Of a stretch of 35,575 nucleotides of DNA, positions 24,101 through 35,575 are shown one piece after another. The stretch is from Blastocystis sp. subtype 4 (lineage: Eukaryota), in assembly GCF_000743755.1 (NCBI RefSeq), contig NW_014569463.1, positions 1-35,575 of the forward strand, written 5' to 3'. Position numbers and translations under genes: made by a program. Under the pieces are notes generated by a model. It had not been told where the DNA came from. It saw only the letters and a program-made list of their open reading frames with translations, and did no database searches. The first letter of the stretch is position 1; each line of letters begins with the position of its first letter.

Positions 24101-25006
24101 CAGGATTGGATTCCTCTTGCAATTCAAGTGAATCAGACATTCCCTGACCGTTCCCTCATCTCCTTTGAATTACCGCAAGCAATAGCTGGATTCCGTGAGT
24201 ATCGATTTGAAGTGATTGGAGATGTGAATGTGAGTGTATATGCAATGATGGAACTGTTCCTTCTATACGAGTCTCCTCTTCCTGACCAGCACTGTCCCTC
24301 CGATGTTCGGTATCGAGCTGTTGCCAATGGATCCATTGGATATGCTCATTGTCCTTATGGTTATAAGGGATTGGCCTCACGAGAGTGCATAGACGGACAG
24401 TGGGGAGAAGAAAATCGTTCGAACTGTTCAGTTCTTCTCCCTTCCAATTTCCATTATCCTGTGGTGAGCATTCGGATCCCAACACAGTACGAGATGACTC
24501 CTATTCAACCATCAATTGAAGGTATAGTGGATTCGTTCTCGATCAGTCCTTCTCTGCCACAAGGTTTGGTTCTTTTCCAGAATGGGACAATTGCTGGAAA
24601 AGCTATTGTGGCTGCTCCGGTACGTATGTATCAAGTAACCGCTACGAATGGTGCTGGTTCTGTGTCAACTACCTTGCTGATTACAGTATACAATCGGTAT
24701 TGTGAGATGACCAGTATATGTCCGAAGAGTCTGGTTGGAGAGACGTGTCGTGTACCATGTAAATTGGAACTCAAAGATACAGTCGGAGTACGTACGAAGA
24801 AATGTATTGCAGTGGATTTGGATAGTGGTGAATGGAGTGACTCTGAAGGACGATGTAGTTCTGTAGGTATTGTTATTGGAGTCGTTTTTTGTATATTTGG
24901 TATTCTTATCTTCATGGTAATTGCATGTGCAAGTGTAATTGCAACGAAACGGAATGCATTGAAGAAGAGAATTGTATTTGCGACCGAATTGAAAAACTCG
25001 AAATAA
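21185..25006 (+). CDS. Large type I membrane surface protein (He_PIG Ig-like, galactose-binding/discoidin-like jelly-roll, HRM-like modules)
   Basis: 1273-aa ORF with a signal peptide. LPEGLVFD / LPSSLQID..G.I.G / LPQGL..NGTIAG Ig modules. Two copies of (YQDG|FSGG)..V..NG..VFR..LP, then discoidin-like segments. CPYGYKGLASRECIDGQW and a C-terminal TM helix. Confidence 0.85.
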   Translation: MKQCFILLFLSRIFGMSLIIVFGIIFAQDVIDYGGPFRFIENIDTVLISPKNGNYTNCFSEDPLPEGLVFDSLSCSVHGIPSSLVSNLTINIISGDSAYGSFLLTITRCSSNPFEILRTYGQSSVYFELFTVQDTSTGETLVNVTAETPKKAGSAVSYRFCRSTTSLRIVLASTVYSNWYVGSKLEVFSFLPVPHQKDLLLRCRMDTLAGMPTVFFVDPSYAFNLLSTWKYHFDSLPASWETSTHVSWPEGTMDSFPFSTNQIQLYKLHFLTKDQVSGSYELRLRYQDGCIVFLNGIEVFRDQLPPGEVTNTTFATGSSPLRYNSIVLPTMKKEAGTWHSVFVKGSNVITVGLFGCDTSGFQSHFDASLRFTGEVSQFRGFDMTGEIEGLESHGNYQQKDVDAETNILNSAAAHSTASAVIDTDHETWISMSGPCNDSAYILLRFNSSRRETLSRITLTSYFHDPIPGPTGFSLYGRTDDSQPWEFVTSLTNILWKGKAQTHQFWIHSTTPFNSFRFDSFRGMNGTCDWRLAEITLFTEKLDRPIQPLSFAPLAIYTHMILPSIFPSSSDYYDYHVFPNLPSSLQIDSLSGRIDGRFISTLGEKTYSISASSFTGERVVTMWNVTVTDCANGHSFYTVHTLIPDHLAPTYWELHQGDSIESPIIFESGSLISGSSEWTFCLEDDIYTWFFVETSGNGWNSPSGYSIATAIDSFPIATGTLPRRAPWETWSNTTVTLWSHQPIQPRTSIWHMSTKEPKASWTSINYNDYNWEAHTTDYISLLPLHLPTLYLRRRFVIEELTEFSVLDVQMWFSGGICVYFNGHVVFRMNLPVNFTSSSFATEDHLITKSTRFSILLRTVDAKNGENVLAVELHRNETSQQVFDFDCILQPILDELTSIPLSYRSLSSSKPYSGTVANLFDYQASTIFRPVFEIGTFYQWEIENEIQGFNHYGILAANAVMNHTWSLSGRFAGEQDWIPLAIQVNQTFPDRSLISFELPQAIAGFREYRFEVIGDVNVSVYAMMELFLLYESPLPDQHCPSDVRYRAVANGSIGYAHCPYGYKGLASRECIDGQWGEENRSNCSVLLPSNFHYPVVSIRIPTQYEMTPIQPSIEGIVDSFSISPSLPQGLVLFQNGTIAGKAIVAAPVRMYQVTATNGAGSVSTTLLITVYNRYCEMTSICPKSLVGETCRVPCKLELKDTVGVRTKKCIAVDLDSGEWSDSEGRCSSVGIVIGVVFCIFGILIFMVIACASVIATKRNALKKRIVFATELKNSK

Positions 25007-25008
25007 TA

Positions 25009-25016
25009 TGTTTGTT
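25009..25016 (+). terminator. GU-rich downstream polyadenylation element (TGTTTGTT)
   Basis: Perfect motif 4 nt after the T of the TAA stop. Other copies after gene ends: 13703-13710(-), 32519-32526(-). Variants: 1993(+), 6792(+), 6798-6805(-), 11884(+), 18452(+), 30056-30063(-). Confidence 0.8.
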
Positions 25017-25032
25017 CGTTAGCAAAGAACTA

Positions 25033-25954
25033 TCAAGTATTACGTCGAGGAATAACACTTGCATAGGGAAGCGAAAATCGTTCTTGGCCTTCCTCAAAAT
25101 GAATCAGAATCTCGTCATCCTCTCAATCAGTTCTCCTTTTCACTCTTACCGGAACGTTTTCACGGAAATCCACAACTGCTTCATAATAAGTGGTACTTGA
25201 TGGCCACAGGGCCAACACTTTATAACCCACAGGAAGCATGTAGGTACTAACATCTAATTTCAATATATTCAACGACTGCGGCATTCGAATCAACTGTGTT
25301 TCATCTATGATCACCGATTTGGATTCTCCCGAGTCCATATCTGCATCAACCACCGAAAACGTATTTGTCAAGGATTTACAGATGCATCATTCGAGGATAT
25401 CGAGACCCATTCCGCTCTGTTACGATAGCTTCGATCCAACTGCCACCAATCAGAGCAACCACCTACAAATCACTCACTCTCCCAAAGTTAACATGATCAC
25501 CAACCTTAACCCCCGACACATCCAAAAGGGAGTTACTACAATTAACAATCGACATCAAGACTACAAGACGAATTTCCGAAACCCATTAAACATAGATTTC
25601 TTTACAGGATTCATCTCTCTCATTTTCTATGTTCAAAAACCGTTAACATTCCAACTCGAGGGTAGATATCCTCTTCCAATAGATGGATTAATGTAGACAC
25701 AGTTCTAGCGATTTACTAAACCTATCTAACCTACTTTTCTTCTTCCGCAATGCTCGATACAAGTGCAGAGTAACTTCGACACAGAGTTAACATTTCATCT
25801 TCTAATGTTCAAATTATATAGAATCTAGACTTGTATAGACTGTTTGGGAAATATCTTCATTAAGAATCGTTGCCATTTCACAGTAGAAATCTTCCAACGT
25901 CTTTAGTTTCTTTACATTCTGTAGTACTGCTCCTTGCTTCTCATCCAAAGACAT
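25033..25954 (-). CDS. SGF29: SAGA-associated factor 29-like (coiled coil + tandem Tudor)
   Basis: Starts MSLDEKQGAVLQNV. WIEAIV..FSVVDAD (Tudor 1) and GYKVLALWPSSTTYYEAVV..IHFEE (Tudor 2; cf. VLALYPQTTCFYRA). TGA at 25033-25035. Confidence 0.75.
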
Positions 25955-26129
25955 CTCAGAATAGATGGGTCTGCAACGCTTCTAAGATTCTCCTAAATAT
26001 GTTCGGACAATCCAATCACAAAACTCCAAGAATGAGTTGATGGTATATAGTGAATAAGTAGTTCCTATCACCTGAATCACTGTACGTTTCTATTGCTCTC
26101 ACTAATTCTTTTTCGATCGGCTTATTGTG

Positions 26130-27492
26130 ATGCTCGCCCGGTAAGTTCATTGATCTTGTTCCCTTTTATCTAACTGTTTGTAGTACTGCTGCAAAGACTC
26201 TTACCTCTCGATTTGTGAGAGCGTTTAGTGGCAAAACATTTACTGTAGAACTTCCTGAGTTCAAGACACACCGTAGGGGTTGATGAAGGAATCAAGTGTA
26301 GATGTGGATCCTCTTCCCACTACGACTGAGGTTACTGAGGAAGATGCAATTCGAATCGCTAAAGAGATGGTAACAATGCGTAGAATGGAAATTGAAAGTG
26401 ATCCCTTATACGTCATGCGAAAGATCCGTGGTTTCCTTCATTTGTATGATGGAGAGGTAACTGATAGAGTCCTTGTTGATTCATAGGAAGCTTGTGCAAC
26501 AGGTATCAAAGAAGCAACAACTCCTGATGACAATTGGATTACAAGTTATCGTTGTCATGGAGTTGAGTTCCTTCGAATGGGAGCTGGTGAAGCAGGTGTG
26601 AAGGCTGTGATTAATGAATTGTTGGGTCATGCTTCAGGAGCTGCTCATGGAAAAGGAGGATCAATGCATATGTATGAGCCTGATAAGAACTTCTTCGGAG
26701 GTTCAGGTATTGTGGGAGCTCAGACACCTGTTGGTACAGGACTTGCCTTTGCTGAACGATACAATCACATGCTTCGGAATCGTGACAAACCTACTCCTGA
26801 TGACGAGATGAATGTGAGCATTACTATGTTTGGTGATGGTGCCAGTAACCAGGGTCAAGTGTGGGAATCAGCTAATATGGCCAAGTTGTGGCATCTCCCT
26901 GTGATCTTTGTGGTTGAGAACAATCAATATGGAATGGGTACTTCCACAGAACGTTCTTCTTCTTCTACAGAGTACTACAAGATGGGAAAGCATCATATTC
27001 CTGGTATTCAAGCTGATGGTAACAATGTATTTGCAGTGAGAGAGGCAGCTCGTGTAGCCCGAAGGATATGTGCTCGAGGTGAAGGACCTATCTTCCTTGA
27101 GGTAGAGTTTGTGAGAATGAACTGAGACGTAGTTGAAGACGTATCGTTATCATGGTCATTCAATGTCGGATCCTGGTGTGACATATCGTACTCGAGATGA
27201 GATTCAGAATGTCCGTCAGACTCGAGATAGTGTGAACTACATTGGACATGTTCTTGTCCAGAATGGAATCATGGATGAGAAACAATGGAAGGTGGATTTG
27301 AGAGAGAGTTATCATGGATAGGACTTCCAGAATGACATAAAGAAGCAAGTGAAGGGATGGGTGACTGATTGTCTGAAAGAGTCACCTCCTGCTGAGTCTG
27401 AGTTGTTGACAGATATTCTTTATGGAGAGACACCAGATTTCATTCGTGGTATTGAGTATGTGAACAGTAAGACGACGAAACCTCTTCTCTAA
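26130..27492 (+). CDS. PDHA1: Pyruvate dehydrogenase E1 alpha subunit (organelle-targeted)
   Basis: Presequence MLARTAAKTLTSRFVRAF; IRGFLHLYDGEEA; TSYRCHG; GKGGSMH; TPP motif FGDGASNQGQ..ENN; TYRYHGHSMSDPG. Confidence 0.97.
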
Positions 27493-27621
27493 TTGTCGGT
27501 TTAGTATGTTTGTGAAACGAATTGCAATAGAGAGAGTTAGATTATTACTCTCAAAAGAGCTTAAGAGGTACCAAAGGATTGTACATGTAACAAACTCACA
27601 ACGGTAAACAAACGCTAACAC

Positions 27622-27981
27622 TTATATAGTGGGTTCATCAGGTTTCTGAGCCATAAACTTGTCTCGCTCACGAACAGGTTCTCCATCAAAGTAAGAACGC
27701 AGTTGATCTTCATGAGGGAACTGATTCACAATTTCATCCAACTCCATAGCTCCACGGTACACAAGAATCTCAGCAACTCTTGGATCTCGCACGTCTGCAT
27801 TCGCATAGAACTTGTCACGAATCAACTTCTTTGCTTCAGGTAATGGAATGTTCATTTGATATGTTGACAAGATTTTCGGTAACTGTTTCACAGCAGCCTT
27901 ATACAAAAGAACAGCCTTCTGGGAAGCTGCCTTGGATGTCAAAGCAGGCCCCATATTCATCAAATACGCATAAGCAGACAT
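27622..27981 (-). CDS. NDUFA6: Complex I accessory subunit NDUFA6/B14 (LYR family)
   Basis: LYKAAVKQLP....Y......AKKLIRDKF..NADVRDPRVAEILV.RG.MEL.E matches the B14 signature. Confidence 0.88.
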   Translation of the reverse strand: MSAYAYLMNMGPALTSKAASQKAVLLYKAAVKQLPKILSTYQMNIPLPEAKKLIRDKFYANADVRDPRVAEILVYRGAMELDEIVNQFPHEDQLRSYFDGEPVRERDKFMAQKPDEPTI

Positions 27982-28295
27982 CTTATGTTGATGCCATTTG
28001 ATTTTTGGATAGGCGTTTCATGACAAAAATTGTGATCTTGACTCCTCATTCTTTGTATCTTTGTAAACCACGATTGTTTCATCCCCAGTTCATTCAAAAT
28101 AGTATCTATAATCGAATCATGCTTTATTCTAGGAGTAGTGAAGTAACATGTACATCATGTTAATACTTTACAGATCGAGAGAACAACCGATTTTAACACT
28201 GTTTAGAAAATGTACCAACAATCAAGTAGGAAGCCGGTCGCGTTTCCCCGTTTCCCTTATTCTTTTGTCACTCAATCTATTGTTTTCCTTATTAT

Positions 28296-28838
28296 ATGGC
28301 TTTACTCATTGCAACAAACGCTGCTATTCCTTCTCTCGCCTCTCAAATGGCAAGAGCTTCACCATTGATCCTGCATTCTGTTCATCAAATGAATCATTTC
28401 AACAACTGTTCTGTACCTACAATCCAAAAAAGAAATCTTGGCATCTTAGACATTGTGATTCAGACAACAATTGGTATGATTAAGGTCTGTTTTTGTTGTA
28501 GATGCAACTGCACTAACCACTGGACTTGCTGGACTTCGCAGAATGACCGGTTTTGAGTAACCTAGACGAAGGGATGTGATTGCTAGTTGCCGCACTCAAG
28601 CTGATAAGATTGCAAATCCTGAATTCCGACGTTACTGCTACAGTAGCCATCACTTCTTTGGTTATCTGTAGATTATCTGGATTTTGGAGAATTATGTGCC
28701 GACAAGATCTGCTCTTGGTGTGGAGGCAAGAAATCAAAATGTTCGTATCATACTTACTATGACAAGTATGGTTATCCTTATCAGGACCGTTTTCCAAGGG
28801 AACACAGTCACCAAGAAGAACGAGATCATATGAATTGA
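28296..28838 (+). CDS. Atg44/Mdi1 mitofissin (DUF1748)-like protein with N-terminal presequence-like extension
   Basis: Introns at 28474-28501, 28557-28586 and 28643-28671 (all GT-AG, 28-30 nt) give ..QKRNLGILDIVIQTTIDATALTTGLAGLRRMTGFDCRTQADKIANPEFRRYCYNYLDFGELCADKICSWCGG.. This carries the D......LAGxRRxTG and YLxxGE...D family hallmarks. Confidence 0.8.
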
Positions 28839-29305
28839 ATCTTGTGTGTATTTGTTTCTTTCGTTAAGAAACATGAGTTCGTTTCAAGTCTCTTTCCTTC
28901 GATTCCTTCGTTCTAGAAATCAATACAGAAATGCAGAGATACTGGCTTCTATCTTCTTCTGTGCACTAACAACAAAAGGGATCCATTCATCCGAAATCAT
29001 CAACTACAAGATCAATTGTGTTCATCCATTTACAAACTGTTGACCTCTCATAATCTGTTTCGTTCCAAGTGTCGCAGTCCTCTTTCTTTTCCGATATCTC
29101 GCTTATATTCATTGAATTCACTCCAGTGAAATGAGTGTATGGTGTTAGCCACAGTCCACTTGTCTGAATGCTCTTTTGTTGGTTCCATTGATCTGGAAAC
29201 GGATATGGAGGAGGAATATAAAAATAAAAACTCATTGTTCAAGATCCTTGTGAACATGTGACTATTTATACGTTTGCTTCTCTCAAACACAATTCTAAAC
29301 AACAA

Positions 29306-30018
29306 TTACTCTGGCTTTTGCTTTTCATTTGTGGGAATGGGTCCATTACCAGTAAGCAGTTTCACAACCATCTACTAATCATCTACACCATCTACTATTC
29401 ACCTGAATAATAATAAATGCAGCCATTAACAGTGACATGCCATACTTTTGCATGAACGTCAGTGGAGGAGGAACGATCACACGGGTTGCTGAATACATAG
29501 TGACTGTTGATTGAGCCCGATCTGTCAACTTCAGATTGAAGTGGTTCTTTCCAAGCGTGGTGAACTCATACTCCTCTGCATCGTTGGCAGGATTCACTCC
29601 CGCAGCAATCTATCCATCACTTCTATCAACACAATTCTACAAAGGACTCTTTAGGGAGCATAGGAATAAAATTCAACGTGATTAATGTTTCAAAGTTATC
29701 AATTTCGGAAGAATACTCCTTAATCTCACAACTTAACGAAGAAGAGGGAATCATGACAACCTGATTCGCGTCCAGACTTCGGCGGAAGGAATCCTTCTCC
29801 AGAGGATAGATATCATATTCCGTTTCGTCCGATTTCGTTACATTGTATTGGATGAGTTCTGTTTCTCCAATAACATCGCCAGAGTCGAGACTGATAGTTC
29901 TCTTCGCAATAATCCACGAACCTTCAAAGAAGGAAGCAACAGAGAACGGTTCTTCTTTTGGGGCTGCTGCTGTTGTAAGGGAAAGAATGGCCACAAGAAC
30001 AACGAATGCTTTATTCAT
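29306..30018 (-). CDS. Uncharacterised signal-peptide protein with C-terminal TM helix
   Basis: MNKAFVVLVAILSLTTAAA signal peptide, a beta-rich body, two introns, then TFMQKYGMSLLMAAFIIIQMVVK and ..KQKPE*. Confidence 0.75.
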
Positions 30019-30076
30019 CCTTTTAAAGTACCTCTGTACAAGATGATTGTATCCTTACAAACAATTAACAGCTCAT

Positions 30077-32342
30077 CTAAATCCTTTCAACATAGGCTGC
30101 TGGGAACCATCCAGCCTTTCCATCATCTGTGTGGCCATTACACCAACCCTCATTCTCATCAGTCACTGTCACAATCATCCCTTCTGTAATACTCATATAC
30201 ATACTATCATTTCCATCAGGCAAATAATCATATAACACGCGAGCAGGATACGGTTCAAATCCCGATGCTGCTGATACGTAGGTTCGAGGTACCAGGCCAA
30301 TCGTTCCGTTTGATGTACGCACCCTCATCCAGTCTCCATCCCCTCCTTCCAATTCTGTCAAGATTTCTCCCTCATGGATTGTTACATCTAATTCACTACT
30401 TGCTGTATAGTCATAAAGAGCTGTTACTGTCTAGTACTTATCAGAGATTCGTACTCCTACTCCTAGCTCCACCATTTCAGGTTCGAGAATTTGTTCAGAT
30501 TGTGGTTGAGGTTCTGGCTCTGGTTCTGGTTGAGATTCGGGTTCGGGTTCTGGTTGAGGTTCGGGTTCGGGTTCTGGTTGAGGTTCGGGTTCGGGTTCTG
30601 GCTCTGGTTGAGGTTGAAGTTCTGGCTCAGGCTCAGGTTCTGGCTCAGGTTGAGGTTCTGGCTCAGGTTGAGGTTCGGGTGGTTGAGGTAAAGGTTGAGG
30701 CTCTGGCTCTGGTTCAGGTTCGGGTTCTGGTTGGAGTTGAGGTTCTGGCTGAGGCTCGGGTTGAGGCTCTGGTTCTGGCTGAGGCAAAGACTTTGGTTCC
30801 GGTTGCGGCTCGGGTTCTGGGAGAGGCTGAGGCTCCGATTGACGAGCAGGTGCAGACTTCGGCCCAGATTCACGAACTGTAGAAGCATGACGAGTATTCA
30901 ACAAACGGCTGATGAAGTCATCATCCTCCACTTTCTTCACAGGAGCCTTAGGAACAGGCATACGAGAACATTCAATCTTCTTCGGTTCCACAGGAGTCGG
31001 ATTAGTCTTACGCTTGGGAAGAGCTGAAGGAAGAGTAGGAGGAATAGCTGAAGAGTGCTGGAGTTTTGAGATATCCACTTCTACCTCAGCCACCTTCTGT
31101 TTACGCTTCAATAGTTGATCGAGATCCGAAGCACGATGGAATTCATACTTCTTTGTCTCTTCCTGGGGCTTCTCATAGTAGAATGTCTTGCGTGATTCAG
31201 CAATCTCTCGATCAATGTCTTCCTGTGTTCTCTTCGGAGGAGGAACAACAGTTGACTTTTGAGCCTGACGAATTGCATCTTCATTCACATCTGCACTCAC
31301 GACTTGCTATGCATCACCTCAATTCCAAGCATCTACCTCAGCCACCTTCTGTTTACGCTTCAACAACATATCCAATTCTGATGAACGTTGGAACCCATAC
31401 TTCTTTGTCTCTTCCTGAGGCTTCTCATAATAGAATGTCTTGCGTGATTCAGCAATCTCTCGATCAATGTCTTCCTGTGTTCTCTTCGGAGGAGGAACAA
31501 CAGTTGACTTCTGGGCCTGACGAATTGCATCTTCATTCACATTTGCACTCACGACTTGCTATCTGTCATCCCAACTCTAATCACCCACCTCAGCCACCTT
31601 CTGTTTACGCTTCAATAGTTGATCGAGATCCGAAGCACGATGGAATTCATACTTCTTTGTCTCTTCCTGAGGCTTCTCATAATAGAATGATTTGCGTGAT
31701 TCAGCAATCTCTCGATCAATGTCTTCCTGTGTTCTCTTTGGTTTAGGAACCGCGGTTGACTTTTGAGCCTGACGAATTGCATCTTCGGCAACATTTGAAC
31801 CAACAACTTGCTATGCATCACCTCAATTCCAAGCATCTACCTCAGCCACCTTCTGTTTACGCTTCAACAACATATCTAATTCTGATGAACGTTCTTCCTT
31901 CTACAAATCACGCTACTCACAGATACGAACGAAAACAGGTTTCTCATTCACAACATCAACCTTCTGAGGTTTACGTTGCTATCAATTAAAAACCACTCCA
32001 AAGTCTCACCTGCATATCCAAATATGATACCCGACCATACACAGGTCTGAGATCCTCAGCCTCCTTTTCGTCCACACTATCAATGATACCTCACCCTATT
32101 CTCTACATTCGCTCCATAAAAGTCTTTGGAACATAACCTTCCTAAAGGTCAACCTCCTTAATTCGTCTCTTACTCTTCCAGTATAACCACACCAGCACCA
32201 GTCTCCTTCTTCTTCTAACACATCAATTATATCCCCCTTATTCACCGGGAGACCTTCATCCATGTTATTTCCGTCAAAATCATATAATACCTAGAAAGAT
32301 GAAGTATTTAAAACCAAGATTCACTTTAGCACGATATGCCAT
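30077..32342 (-). CDS. Triple-SH3 adaptor: N-terminal SH3, 74-aa tandem repeats, (PE)n linker, two C-terminal SH3
   Basis: [75 protein letters not shown]. Confidence 0.88.
30495..30835 (-). repeat. Low-complexity coding repeat (PEPEPQ)n
   Basis: 6-nt-based ggttct/ggttca/ggctca/ggttga arrays on the + strand. Confidence 0.95.
31085..31895 (-). repeat. 252-nt exon+intron tandem repeat, about 3.2 copies
   Basis: ctcagccaccttctgtttacgcttcaa recurs at 31085, 31337, 31589 and 31841. Confidence 0.95.
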
Positions 32343-32487
32343 TCTCTCTCCTAGAAGAAATAAGACGAAGATAACATTAATAGAATGAATGACCCAGTAG
32401 TCCGTGCGAATTCCACGTCAATTTACCACCCATTTCTATTCTTGGGACCCAATTTCTATCTGTTCCGTTAGTCTCACTGTTATTTCA

Positions 32488-34243
<1,756 letters not shown>

Positions 34244-34375
34244 TGAAGAATGACCAAGAAATATGCCAAAATGTAGAAGTGTCATAAATGGGCCATCTCA
34301 GCTAAAATTGTACCTAAATCTGCCAAATTGTGGTCATCTTTCAAGAAACATAGTGGTAGAATACATCTAAAACAC

Positions 34376-35140
34376 TTACTTCTTTGTACTTAATGCTTTC
34401 TTATACAAAAATGTGTACTCTACATATGACATACATAAAGAAATTCCAACGACGATACTTATGAGGAACTCGGCATAAATGAATCCAAGTAATTACAAGA
34501 ACGATAAACGATATTATCTGGACTAACAGACTTGGAACAACAAAGATTTCAAGAATCAGACCTTGAGTCCCGAGTGATAGGAGCACCAATGACACTACAA
34601 AACCAACGCCTAGATGGATGATTCCACTTATAAATCCCTAGTGTTAAGTCTCTTCAATAGTTCAATAGAAGGATATCAAAATCATAGAGCAAGTTTGAGC
34701 TACTGGGCTATAAAGACAGATGATAGTGAAAACATATAAACAGATCCATACCAAAGCAACCCAAGTGACGAACAATTCTATTAACGAAAACACCTTTATT
34801 TCAATCACTTCACGATTATGCATACCAATGTTATCCAACACCAGAGGAGATATCCATGTCTGTGCTTCAAATATGTCTCAATCCTTTCAATTGGAATACT
34901 ATACTCATAAAAAGACAAAAATGGCAACAAATCAGAGTCGTAGACAACTGTATCCGGATCAACAGTGTAGACAGTACAAGGCAATGCTTGGAATCCAGGC
35001 TATACGTGATATATTAAGAGAGACACGACCTGTTGAATCAGTAATGATGTTACGTCATCCTTTCCTCCAGGAATCGATACAGAACAAGATTCAGGTGGAC
35101 TATATTTGTTTGCAACGAAAACCTGTTGTAACGGACTCAT
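34376..35140 (-). CDS. Uncharacterised multi-pass membrane protein (ends approximate)
   Basis: Starts MSPLQQVFVANKYSPPE, with ~30-nt introns. Hydrophobic segments such as GIIHLGVGFVVSLVLLSLG and IFVVPSLLVQIISFIVLVITWI. Confidence 0.55.
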
Positions 35141-35440
35141 AAAGACAAATGTGATTAGAACCTAATCCTTTCTTGTGTTTCTATTTCATCTCATGTGGGT
35201 TCCAGAGGATCAGTATTCAATTAGGAGAAGAATAAGTTGATGCACATGTGCATTCATTTAACAAAGAAGAAATCCTCTCGATCAGTTCTAGGAACTGCAG
35301 TCTCTCTCTGCAACTGATCAATAGGATTAATTGTATTGAGATAACCCCCTGGATAATTATTCCACTATAATTATTCTGTATATTTTGGAATTGAAGTGGG
35401 GTGTATTCACGATTTATTTTCCTCAGTATTCACTTCTAGA

Positions 35441-35575
35441 ATGGGTTTCAGTATGTATTGTTGCTTTAAAGACAAGCAAATGGCCATTGCACTTTTCAGA
35501 ATGACTCACATCTTGTAGATGACGGATCTCGAGGAAGAGGCGGGTTTGGAGGAAGTCGAGGTGGACGTGGAGGTG
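35441..35575 (+). CDS. 5' end of an RGG/GAR-domain protein (fibrillarin- or GAR1-like), partial
   Basis: ATGGGTTTCA, intron 35451-35518, then NDGSRGRGGFGGSRGGRGG. Confidence 0.7.

Noticed and set aside
28148..28502. In-frame UGA at a splice junction suggesting a selenoprotein
   Set aside because: It arises only in the wrong frame. The 28296 frame splices cleanly into the mitofissin-like protein.
28860..29260. Possible small minus-strand gene (MSFYFYIPPPYPFPDQW..)
   Set aside because: I could not build a consistent spliced model or recognise any motif. Left unresolved rather than called.
30265..31027. Val-rich, (LRFW)n and (NLNQ)n ORFs
   Set aside because: Antisense or alternate-frame shadows of the (PE)n repeat.
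31066..31989. Plus-strand repetitive ORFs, or a CRISPR/mobile-element reading of the repeats
   Set aside because: Antisense to the spliced SH3 gene. The units are 252-nt exon-intron duplications with no unique spacers, terminal repeats or transposase.
34720..35142. 140-aa plus-strand ORF
   Set aside because: Antisense to a spliced membrane-protein gene, with no recognisable features.

Overview
Gene-dense eukaryotic nuclear DNA with many ~30-nt GT-AG introns, tiny intergenic gaps and a TGTTTGTT-like element just past most gene 3' ends. This pattern matches the anaerobic stramenopile Blastocystis (inferred from sequence signature only). About 22 protein genes were reconstructed by hand-splicing: ABCC transporter (partial), FAM192A-like, MED8-like, a D-box coiled-coil protein, SEC16, two Ig(He_PIG)/HRM surface proteins, POLE3-like, UTP14, PP2A-B56-like, CBP/p300, GALE, a PPP phosphatase, SGF29, PDH E1-alpha, NDUFA6, a triple-SH3 repeat protein, DLD, two unknown membrane proteins and an RGG protein (partial). 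Two tRNA genes are also present. Highlights: (1) a spliced gene invisible in the ORF track that encodes an Atg44/mitofissin-like mitochondrial fission protein with a presequence-like extension; (2) an unexplained ~215-nt structured intergenic element with USE/TATA-like promoter, an ACCCTAAC telomere-template-like octamer and a T-run end, a candidate telomerase RNA; (3) several genes whose UAA stop appears to be completed by polyadenylation. All family calls come from recognised motifs, not database searches.
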